From NCBI GenBank assembly GCA_001662655.1, contig KV460239.1: a stretch of DNA of 64,000 bases. One strand, given 5' to 3'. The notes beneath the pieces are model-generated. The model was not told the origin of the DNA and did no database searches. It was given only the letters and a program-made list of their open reading frames with translations. This document shows positions 35,090 through 44,832 of the stretch, piece after piece; position 1 is the first letter of the stretch; every line of letters starts with the position of its first letter. The translations under genes were made by a program, and so were the position numbers. The stretch comes from Pseudogymnoascus verrucosus (taxonomy: Eukaryota).

Positions 35090-37072
35090 ATGATGGTATT
35101 CTCCAGCCTGCTTAAGACGGGGAACGACCAGCGACGACACCGCCGATTGAGCTCTTCTGGATCGCCGGGGGGAGATACTTCGCCCAGCCCGTCGCAGAAA
35201 TCGTCGGTTACGACTGTCGAAGATACGCCGTATATTGCGAGCGAGGCTCAGCTGGAGGATGTCGAGTCCGAACCGCCTGAGCTGACGGACTTAAATAACA
35301 GCCTTGCCGCCTTGGCTGCGATATTCCCGGATGTTCAGGTCGAAGTCTTTCGAGAGATGCTGAGTAGCTTTGATGAGGAGTCGAGACTGGCGGTGGTTAC
35401 GGAGGCGTTGATCAAGAATAAGATGAAGTGGTCCAGGGGACGATACAAGGTGCTGGGGAAGGAAACGGCTCAGAAACCGTCTGAAGATACTGTGGAGGTG
35501 CTGCCGAAAGAAGAGAGGTTTAGAACGGATGCATATAAACTGGCAGTCAAGAATGCTGCATACAACGAGTTTAAAGGGCTATCTCACTCCACGGTTAAGG
35601 CTGTACTGGCAGAACACAACCATTCTTTCATTCGTGCTCGACCAACCCTCGCAGCTCTTCATGCAAAGTCATGGAGATTCTCTATCACGGCAATATTTAG
35701 TCGCAAGAAGGCGAACCCTGAGCAGAACCAGTTTATTGTTTGGCACTCAACGGGTCTCGGCTCGATTATCCCAACTCTGAAATCTTCTGGCTGCGTGGAG
35801 TTAGACAGGGAGTTATTTGAATCATTCATCAAGCCACTTCAGGTGCGGAGCCAAGCCGAACAGATAGAGAAGGACCATACACTCGCGCTCGAACTCAACA
35901 CTGAACAAGCTGAAGAGGCCGAAGCATTACATGATTGCGAGTGTTGCTACACTTCGTCAACGTTCGAGGAGCTTTCCGCTTGCAATGACGGTGCACATTT
36001 CGTGTGCTTCCAGTGCATTAGACATGCCGCCAAGGAAGCTGTGTTTGGGCAGGGCTGGGCACGTAATGTGGACTCTCAACTTGGATCCCTCCGATGTCTG
36101 GCGCCTGTAACGGACGAGTGTCATGGCTGTATCCCACAAGAACTTGTCAATAGAGCGTTGTTAGGAGAAAAAGGAGGTGTAGATGTCATCCGGAAATTCA
36201 ACGAACGACTGGCAGAGGACACTCTCCTCAAATCTCAGTTGCCTTTGGTTCGATGTCCATTCTGCAGCTACGCCGAAATAGACGACATATATCTGCCCGA
36301 GACCCAGAAGGCTTGGAATTTCCGTCAGCACAGCAACCTTTCGCTGTTTGGCTTTGCACTCTTCTTTCCTTTTATCGGGATGATACCCTTTTTAATACCT
36401 TTAATTTTACTCGCCATCCTCATTTCGTTCCTGGCAAGCTTCAACGGCAGGGTCCAGAACTTTGCACGGCGGCACATCATGGCATCCTACACACGCGTGC
36501 GCCGACACCAACGCGGCCTACGTTTCCAATGCCAGAACGAATCATGTCTCCGCTACTCCTGCATCTCCTGCTCCAAAGCCTGGTCCGACATCCACATCTG
36601 CCACGAATCCTCCCTCCTTGCACTCCGCACCCAAGTCGAGCTCGCCATGTCCCTAGCCATCAAGCGCACCTGCCCGCGCTGCAACACCAGCTTCGTCAAG
36701 TCCTCAGGCTGCAACAAGCTGACCTGCGTGTGCGGCTACCAGATGTGCTACGTCTGCCGCAAGGACATTGGGAATGGGGAAGGCTACCGCCACTTCTGCG
36801 AGCACTTCCGCCCGAATGGCGGGAAGGGCTGCATGGAGTGCGAGAAGTGCGATTTGTACCGCTGTGAGAATGATGAGGTGGTGGTGACGAAGGCGAAGGA
36901 GGATGCGGAGAGGTTGTGGTTTGAGAAGGAGGGCGGGGGGGATGAGGATCTCAAGAAGACGTTGGTGCAGAAGTATGACCCGGCGAAGGATGGGTGGGTG
37001 GGCCGCATGTGGCGGTCGAGGCCCAGCGCGGAGAGTGTGTTGGATGCGCTGGTGGAATTTGTTATTGAATGA
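35090..37072 (+). CDS. RBR-type E3 ubiquitin ligase with an N-terminal CUE-like domain (RNF216/TRIAD3-like)
   Basis: CUE-like LAAIFPDVQVEVFREML; RING1 CECCY..C..GAHFVCFQC; IBR CPFCSYAE...CQNESC..SCISC..W...H; RING2 CPRCNTSFVKSSGCNKLTCVCGYQMCYVC. Confidence 0.9.
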   Translation: MMVFSSLLKTGNDQRRHRRLSSSGSPGGDTSPSPSQKSSVTTVEDTPYIASEAQLEDVESEPPELTDLNNSLAALAAIFPDVQVEVFREMLSSFDEESRLAVVTEALIKNKMKWSRGRYKVLGKETAQKPSEDTVEVLPKEERFRTDAYKLAVKNAAYNEFKGLSHSTVKAVLAEHNHSFIRARPTLAALHAKSWRFSITAIFSRKKANPEQNQFIVWHSTGLGSIIPTLKSSGCVELDRELFESFIKPLQVRSQAEQIEKDHTLALELNTEQAEEAEALHDCECCYTSSTFEELSACNDGAHFVCFQCIRHAAKEAVFGQGWARNVDSQLGSLRCLAPVTDECHGCIPQELVNRALLGEKGGVDVIRKFNERLAEDTLLKSQLPLVRCPFCSYAEIDDIYLPETQKAWNFRQHSNLSLFGFALFFPFIGMIPFLIPLILLAILISFLASFNGRVQNFARRHIMASYTRVRRHQRGLRFQCQNESCLRYSCISCSKAWSDIHICHESSLLALRTQVELAMSLAIKRTCPRCNTSFVKSSGCNKLTCVCGYQMCYVCRKDIGNGEGYRHFCEHFRPNGGKGCMECEKCDLYRCENDEVVVTKAKEDAERLWFEKEGGGDEDLKKTLVQKYDPAKDGWVGRMWRSRPSAESVLDALVEFVIE

Positions 37073-37532
37073 TGATTGGGATGTCTGGGCTGGGGGGTAT
37101 GGGTGGGATTTGGCGTTTTGTTTGGTTGTGCATGCGATATCCGGATGGGAAGGAGGGGTACTGGTTTAAGGTGTTTTTGAGCCGGGGGCTAGAAGCCATG
37201 ACTGACAGGTGTCTGTACTGAAAGATACGGGACGTTCTCTTATATGGGACGGATAATAAAACGATTTTTTATACAGTTCTTGGGGTTTGAGGAAGTGGAC
37301 AATTGGTTGGAGATCTGTGATTGAACGCCTCTGCATTATAGTTGCTATGAACACTGGTATCTACAGTTCCTGCTGTTTTCTACAGCCCCTCCTCGAACTT
37401 CTAGACAGCATGAGTCTATTGCTTCCAGCTTCAAAAGGGCCACCCCCTACATATCAAAACCCCCAAAAAAAACCTTCATCCACACTATCCTTCTCTCCAC
37501 GACCAAAAGATCAAAAAGAAACAAAAAAATAT

Positions 37533-37648
37533 TGAACAGAGTGGGACTCGAACCCACGCCACTTTCGTGACCAGGAAACTATATGATAAATCACATGTAT
37601 TAAGGTATAACCTTAACCTGGCGCCATAACCATCTCGGCCATCTGTCC
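37533..37648 (-). tRNA. tRNA-Leu (anticodon AAG) with a 34-nt intron (37610-37577)
   Basis: Acceptor stem GGACAGA/TCTGTTC+A; D arm GCCGAGATGGTTATGGC; anticodon stem CCAGG/CCTGG with TT-AAG-G; long variable arm CAC-GAAA-GTG; T arm GTGGGTTCGAGTCCCAC; downstream oligo-T Pol III terminator. Confidence 0.95.
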
Positions 37649-38113
37649 CGGATTTGTTGAAGCGGAGGGGCTTGTTGGGTGTTTTGTGAAAGGAAAAAAT
37701 TGTAGGTGGGTTCTTCAATGGCGACCCCACATGAAGTGGGGATGGTCCCTGAGTAGCCGCCCCTCAATTGTAGAGGGTACAAATGACGGTATTGAGGCGG
37801 TGGGATTATTGTAAATTATGAATATTTATTAGGCCTCGGTGTGCAGTTTATTTTATTAATCCTGTAAAATTATTTATTTCGTAGATATTATAGTGCCCAC
37901 AGAACGCGTCGTGCTCGGTTAGATCTGGTTCAGCCTTGCCAACGCGTAAATTGATTTCTGGACCAAGCCTCGCGGGTCACACTTTCACCAAGTCGGCCCA
38001 TCAAGCAAGGAAACGTCAGCTTCAGACACCAAGACGCTTGAAGCTCTAAATCGACCTATTGATACATCAAACAAGCGGCCTGACGACATAGTCAACCAAC
38101 AGCAACCGCCCCA

Positions 38114-39388
38114 ATGGCTGGCGGCGTACAGGGCTTCGTGAACAAAAAACACCAGCAATATGGCGGCACCGAGAACGAGACGCCTCTGTCACAGGCAGAA
38201 ATTCAACAGCGCAAGACTGCTGTCCGTGACCTGGGATTGAAAGCCCCGGGACCAGCAGCTGGTCGGAGGAGCCTGTCGACTTCTGGACCCGGCGTGCCAT
38301 TTCGAGATGGGGTCACTGGGCCAGCCAGAGCTGCCTCCCCACTTGCCATGCAACAGGCTGGTGCCCAGAATGGTTTTGCTACTCAAGGCAGAACTCAAGG
38401 CAATGGACAGGGCCAAGCATATACCCAAAGAGAATCTATGTGGGCTGAATCGAGTCTCGGATCTGATTCGTTGTTCACTGTTAAAGACAAGTCATTCGGT
38501 CACTTCTACAGCGATGACGAGTTGCAAGGTCAACACGTTGAGGGACAGGATCAAGATGTTGGATTATCTGACCAACGATCTGACAGTGATCCGGAAGAGG
38601 GGGAAGCTGATCAGAACATGGCCGGATACCACAATGCCAATCCCAGACAGCCGGGGATAAGCCAAGCCAGCATCCCAATGAGAGGGGTCATTACACGCCG
38701 CTTCGAACCTAAGATGCAGCAACAGCAGCGACCTGTTACGGAAACCGCCCCTTCCAACGGCAAACGGGCATCGAATGGCTCTGTAAAGAACTACAACCAG
38801 AAAACCATGCCAGGGCGTGGGCACCAAGTACAGAAAGATGGAGACCATCAGCAGGAGGTAGATGCGTTTGCTCCCTCTGAAGTCGACGAAGATACCATAC
38901 ACTCAATTGGTGGTAATGGTGGAAAGCATCCCCGGAAGGGTTCCAAACGGCAAGCAGAAGATATTTCCAACATTGACTTTGACCACAAGACGCTCTACGA
39001 GATGTCATACGCAGACCTCGAAAAGCAGCCATTCGACGAGGATCCAAACCAAGCCGAAAACTCCTCACTGACAGGTCTCTCCAAACCCCTCGACGACCGC
39101 ATGAAGATGTTCCAAAATGCGCCAGCGGAAAATCAAGCGGCGTTTCTCGCCACGCTGTCCATCGATGAGTGGGAGGACGCGGGCGAGTGGCTCATGAAGC
39201 AGTTCGGCACTGTAATGGGAAAGGTTGCGGATGCTCGACGTGAGAGACGGAAGATTGCGGCTGAATTTGAGGAGAGGCTTGCTGCGAGGGATGCAGAGGT
39301 CAGGAATAAGATTGATGGTGTGGAAGATGCGTTGAATTTCTTGAAAGATGGAGGAAATGACTTGTTGAGGGGGAAGACGCCGATTTAG
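38114..39388 (+). CDS. Protein with a C-terminal ECM11 domain
   Basis: Disordered N-terminus, then MSYADLEKQPFDEDP...FLATLSIDEWEDAGEWLMKQFGTVMGKVADARRERRKIAAEFE, a recalled ECM11-family pattern. Confidence 0.8.
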   Translation: MAGGVQGFVNKKHQQYGGTENETPLSQAEIQQRKTAVRDLGLKAPGPAAGRRSLSTSGPGVPFRDGVTGPARAASPLAMQQAGAQNGFATQGRTQGNGQGQAYTQRESMWAESSLGSDSLFTVKDKSFGHFYSDDELQGQHVEGQDQDVGLSDQRSDSDPEEGEADQNMAGYHNANPRQPGISQASIPMRGVITRRFEPKMQQQQRPVTETAPSNGKRASNGSVKNYNQKTMPGRGHQVQKDGDHQQEVDAFAPSEVDEDTIHSIGGNGGKHPRKGSKRQAEDISNIDFDHKTLYEMSYADLEKQPFDEDPNQAENSSLTGLSKPLDDRMKMFQNAPAENQAAFLATLSIDEWEDAGEWLMKQFGTVMGKVADARRERRKIAAEFEERLAARDAEVRNKIDGVEDALNFLKDGGNDLLRGKTPI

Positions 39389-39426
39389 TGGCTTGTGGGA
39401 TGATACTTTTTGTTATTTACAATTTG

Positions 39427-39490
39427 CTGGAAGGGCTTGAGGATGACATGGCATGTATTTAACTGGAAGAGCCTGAAGATGACATGGCAT
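39427..39490 (+). repeat. 36-bp-period tandem duplication between two convergent 3' ends
   Basis: CTGGAAGGGCTTGAGGATGACATGGCAT (39427) versus CTGGAAGAGCCTGAAGATGACATGGCAT (39463). Confidence 0.8.
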
Positions 39491-39595
39491 AAATTTAGCT
39501 GGAGCAAGCACAGAACGGTGGCGAAAAGGAGGGAGGGGCTATTGCTGCATCATATACCCATTTGCTTTATCTACAGCTTTCAATCAAATCAGAAA

Positions 39596-40542
39596 TCATA
39601 TCTGCTGCACTTCTTGCACACGTCTATCTCTTCCAACAATCAGCCTCAGCTGACTACCCTTCTTCCCCTCATCCCCCTTAAACACCCCCTTCCTCAGTTC
39701 CTCTGTGAACAGCTCATATGCGGGGTAATACCCATCCACGAACTTCACCACCTGCTCATCCGTCATCGCATTTTCCACCCCCCTCGCCTTCCTCAACACC
39801 TCCTCCTGCTCCCTCCGCCACGCATACACAAACGCCGTCTCACTCGCATCAAGGTGTATGAACGCATCCAGCATATCCGTCATAACATCATACTCCCTGA
39901 GCTTATCATTCACGAACAACAAATCCTCGAGCCGGTTCTTCCATAATGTGGAATCGGGATTCGAACGCGACGCCTCGCGCTTGGCGGCGACCTCGGAGTC
40001 TGACAGGGCGCGAAATCCGACGGACCACCCTTCGAGGATTATGACTTGCAGCTTGCGCTTGCTAGGTTCGTTGACACGGAGGGGGGTGGATGTGCGGTCG
40101 CCTTGTCCGTTGAAGGCGGATTTGTCGTAGCGGGGGATGGAGGTTTCGGTCTGGGAGCGGAGATTGGTGAAGAGGGAGCGGGCGAGGGGGATGTCGTGGG
40201 TTCCTGGGGCTGTTAGTATGGGGATAGATGAGGGGTAGGGAGGGGCATACCGGGCTCTCCGCGATGCTGGATCAGCGGGTTCGAGGGATTGGCTTCTGCT
40301 AGGGCAACTTGGTCGGCATGAGTGAGATAGAGGTCATCGAGGCTGATTATCTCAGTCACAAGGTTGCAGTCGTCGTGGAGGGTGGAGAGGAGGAGGGAGA
40401 CGAGGGTGGATTTCCCGACGCCTTGGACGCCGTTGATGCCTATGAAGAAGGGGGCGGAGGGGGAGGAGGCAGCGTGGATGGCATGGCGGGCGAGGATGAA
40501 GGGGATGCAGTGGGCGCTTTTGTCGTCTATTATTTCGGCCAT
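39596..40542 (-). CDS. TDA10: P-loop kinase, Tda10 / D-glycerate 3-kinase-like; exons 40542-40251, 40203-39596
   Basis: Walker A GVQGVGKST, SLDDLYLTHADQ, HRGEPGTHD, PRYDKSAFNGQGDR, ILEGWSVGF, VYAWRREQE, FVDGYYPAYELF. Confidence 0.87.
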
Positions 40543-41090
40543 GTTATCATTTATGAGGGTGGTGTTGGGAGCTGGGGTTTGAGATGGAGGCGGGGGTTGT
40601 CAGGGTCTGAGAGAAGTGGTGAGCTCCACAGTGACTCTGCATTTATCCAAACGTTACAATTCCTGACCTGAAGCTTCAATGGTACAATTCTGACAATCTG
40701 TTCAAGGGCCCATAATTCCTATTCTCATATTTTCCATTGGCGGCTCTCCACGAAGGTTTGCTCGTCGACAGAGACTCGACTTGCCGTGCTTGACGGTGGG
40801 ACTCAATGCGGGGTTAACAGCCTACTGGAACCCCGACTCTCCGATCCGGCCTTGGGAGACTCTAGATCCATGACGCTCATTATCGGCATCAGCGTCGCAG
40901 GATCTCATTCTCCAACTCCGAAATGATTACTGTTCAGCGTCAGAAATTATTATGGGAACATAATAATAGGACCCTAAAATAATGCACATGGCATTTCTCC
41001 AACTCCAAATTATCTCGGAGACCGCTGGCATGTGAACGCGAACGCTTAAATTTCGCAGCTTCCCCAGGTTTCGTCATGACCCCAACAGCC

Positions 41091-41136
41091 GGCCAATCAC
41101 AACAGCCGAACGGTTTGGCCGAGGCATGTGCCGAGG
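41091..41136 (+). promoter_or_regulatory. FOX2 promoter: CCAAT box plus two CCGAGG (FarA/CTF1-type) sites
   Basis: CCAATCA 41093-41099; CCGAGG 41119-41124 and 41131-41136, about 220 bp upstream of the FOX2 ATG. Confidence 0.7.
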
Positions 41137-41347
41137 TGATCTGGGACGACCACGACGAGCCGAAAACGAACAAGTAGATAAACACTTCGCTCCCGGAGAC
41201 CGCGGAGTATATTTCTTGTCTTATTCTGCTCTTTCTTTCCTCATTATACCCTCAAAAGAGCTTCTTCCCTCAAAGAGCTTCTTACTACACCGGCTTCTTC
41301 CAACACCGGTTTCTTCCTACGCTGGTTTCAACTATACCCATTGAAAC

Positions 41348-44300
41348 ATGTCGGAAATCAGATACGATGGCCAGGTCGTGGTCGTAACGGGGGCAGGTGG
41401 AGGCCTTGGAAAGGCATATGCGACCTTCTTGTAAATTTCCGGCCCAAAAAATGCATACGCTTTTCCCAGTCCTTTGCTAACACCGGTCACAGTGGTTCGA
41501 GAGGTGCCAGCGTCGTGGTGAACGACTTGGGCGGATCGTTCAAGGGCGAAGGCGGAGCATCCACAAGAGTGCGTCATGTCCCATTCCCCCCTTCTCCGAG
41601 CCGAATGCTGACCAACCCCCAGGCTGCTGATGTAGTTGTCGAGGAGATCAAGGCTGCTGGCGGCAAGGCCGTTGCCAACTACGACAGTGTCACAGACGGT
41701 GAGAAGATCATCGAGACGGCCATCAACACTTTCGGCCGCATCGATGTCCTCATCAACAATGCCGGTATCCTCCGTGATATCAGCTTCAAGAACATGAAGG
41801 ACCAGGACTGGGACCTGATTATCGCCGTCCACGTTAAGGGCTCATACAAGTGCGCCAGGGCCGCATGGCCGCATTTCCGCAAGCAGAAGTACGGACGTGT
41901 TATCAACACCGCCTCTGCAGCTGGTCTCTTTGGCTCCTTCGGCCAGACCAACTACTCCGCCGCCAAGCTTGCCCTGGTTGGCTTCACCGAGACCCTGGCC
42001 AAGGAGGGCGCCAAATACAACATCAAGGTCAACGTTATTGCGCCAATTGCCGCATCCCGCATGACCGAGACCGTCATGCCCCCGGACATGCTCGCAAACC
42101 TCAAGCCGGAGTGGGTTGTGCCGCTCGTGGCCACTCTCGTCGACAAGGATGCCGAGGAGACCGGTTCCATCTTCGAGGTCGGTGGTGGACACATCGCTAA
42201 GATCCGCTGGGAGAGATCCTCGGGAGCACTCCTGAAGGCTGATGATTCCTACACCGCTGGCGCCCTGCTCGCCAAGTGGGACGATGTCAACAACTTCAAG
42301 GAGGCCGAGTACCCATCTGGCCCCGCCGATTTCCTCAGCTTGTTGGACAAGTCTATGAAGCTGCCCTCCGCCCCCAAGGCTGAGGCCCTCGACTTCAGCG
42401 GAAAGGTCGTCCTCATCACCGGTGCCGGAGCTGGTATCGGCCGCGCATACGCTCTGGCATTCGCCAAGCTCGGCGCTAAGCTCGTCATCAACGACCTTGT
42501 CAACCCAGACACCGTCGTCCAGGAGATCCAGAAGCTCGGTGGCACCGCTGTCGGTGTCAAGGCACCTTGCGAGAACGGTGAGGAGGTTGTCAAGGGCGCC
42601 ATTGACGCCTTCGGCCGCATTGATGTCGTCGTAAACAACGCTGGTATCTTGAGGGATAAGGCTTTCGCCAACATGGATGACAAGCTCTGGGACCCAGTCA
42701 TGGATGTCCACCTCCGCGGTACCTACAAGGTCACCAAGGCCGCATGGCCATACTTCCTTAAGCAGAAGTACGGACGTGTCATTAACACTACCTCCACCTC
42801 CGGTATCTACGGAAACTTTGGCCAGGCCAACTACGCCGCTGCTGTAAGCTTATCTCCCCCCTAATCCTCAAGTTATCCTCCTAACATTCACAGAAATGCG
42901 GTATCCTTGGTTTCTCCCGCGCTCTTGCCCGTGAGGGTGCCAAGTACAACATCTACGTCAACACCATCGCCCCCAACGCCGGAACCGCCATGACCCGCAC
43001 CATCATGCCCGAGGAGATGGTCCAGGCCTTCAAGCCCGACTACATAGCACCCCTCGTCGTCCTGCTCGCCAGCGACAAGACCCCCAACCCAACCGGTGGC
43101 CTCTACGAGGTCGGCTCCGGATGGGTCGGCAGCACCCGCTGGCAGCGTACCGGCGGTGCCGGCTTCCCCGTCGACGTCGTCCTTACCCCTGAGGCCGTTC
43201 GCGCGGAGTGGGCCCGCATTGTCAACTTCGACGACGGACGTGCCGACCACCCAGACAGCCCGGCTGATGGCCTCAAGAGCATCATGGCCAACATGGAGAA
43301 CAAGTCTAGCAACAAGGTATGAGCCTCTTCTAGGTCCTTGTGTGAGCGCGCTGTGCGCGCGCGTGTGTCTTTCGTATCTGTCCTTTACGACGCTTCATGT
43401 ACTGTACGATAGCTAGTCGCACTCAATGTCAAAATAAATGTCAAACTTATGATCAGAACCACTATCTAACACTTCTCCTTCCGTAGAAAGCCAAGAAGCC
43501 CGCCCGCAAGTCCGAGCCCAACCCCGAGATCCTCGCCGCCATCGAGGAGGCCAAGAAAGCCAAAGCCACCGGCACCGAATTCAAATACGAAGAGCGCGAC
43601 GTCTCCCTCTACAACCTCGGCATCGGCGCCCTCCGCACCGAGCTCCCCTACATCTTCGAAGGCTCGCAGGACTTCCAGGCCCTCCCAACATTCGGCGTCA
43701 TCCCCCCCTTCTCCGCCGAGGCCCCCTTCGACATCTCCGCCATCGTCCCCAACTTCAACCCCATGATGCTCCTCCACGGCGAGCAGTACCTCGAGATCCG
43801 TCAATTCCCCATCCCCACCTCCGCCACCCTCGTCTCCTACCCGCAGCTCATCGAGGTCGTCGACAAGGGCTCCGCCGCCGTCCTCAAGTCAGCTACCACC
43901 ACCGTTGACAAGGCCACCGGCAAGGACGTCTTCTACAACGAGCAGACCGTCTTCCTCCGTGGCTCCGGCGGCTTCGGCGGCAACCCTAAGGCAGGCGACC
44001 GCGGTGCCGCCACCGCCGCTAACGCCATCCCCAAGCGCGCACCCGACGCTGTCGTCGAGGAGAAGACCACCGAGGAGCAGGCTGCTATCTACCGTCTGAG
44101 CGGTGACTACAACCCTCTTCACGTCGACCCCGAGTTCGCTGCCATGGGTGGCTTCAAGGAGCCTATCCTCCACGGACTCTGCTTCTTCGGTATTGCGGGT
44201 AAGGCGGTCTACAAGACCTATGGCGCGTTTAAGAACATCAAGGTTCGCTTTGCTGGAACTGTGACGCCTGGCCAGACCCTTGTTACGGAGATGTGGAAGG

Positions 44301-44383
44301 AGGGGAATAAGGTTATCTTCCAGACCAAGGTCAAGGAGACGGGCAAGTTGGCGCTGGCTAGCGCGGCGGTTGAGTTAGCTTAG
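41348..44383 (+). CDS. FOX2: Peroxisomal multifunctional beta-oxidation enzyme (two dehydrogenase domains plus hydratase 2); exons 41348-41430, 41493-41568, 41623-42843, 42894-43316, 43487-44383
   Basis: Two SDR domains (TGAGGGLG / [21 protein letters not shown] / YAAAK) and the hydratase-2 motif [24 protein letters not shown]. Confidence 0.97.
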
Positions 44384-44832
44384 AAGAACTGAGTGTAATG
44401 ATTTTGTGAATGGAGTGTAGAATTAGCTTAGTTTGATGTTTAAAGAATTTCATATAAGTACTGTCACTATTGTCCTTTGAGAGAGAGAGTGGTTGCATGA
44501 TTTTGATGGTTCGTCCGGTTCCATTACTTCACAACAGACGGCAATTATCAAACGCACGAACAAAGAGTCATCAAAAAAGTAAACGTCTCATTAGCCCCTC
44601 CCATCATCAGCGCATCCCTCCCCATCCTCACTCATAACAGTTGTTAGAAAACTAGGTATACACCACTCAGACACTCAACCTCCAACTGACCCTCCCCCTC
44701 CACCACGTCCCCATTCAAACAAAACATATATAATTTGCCCCCCTTCAAAGCAAAAGGTATCAAAAATAAAAACTACGTTTTTCAACCCCAATCCCCACTA
44801 AACACGCAAACACATAGCATAGGTTATGAAAC

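Noticed and set aside
43438..43452. ATG TCA AAC TTA TGA (SNL*, PTS1-like) inside FOX2 intron 4
   Set aside because: Directly preceded by an in-frame TAA with no AG acceptor in between, so it cannot be spliced onto FOX2.
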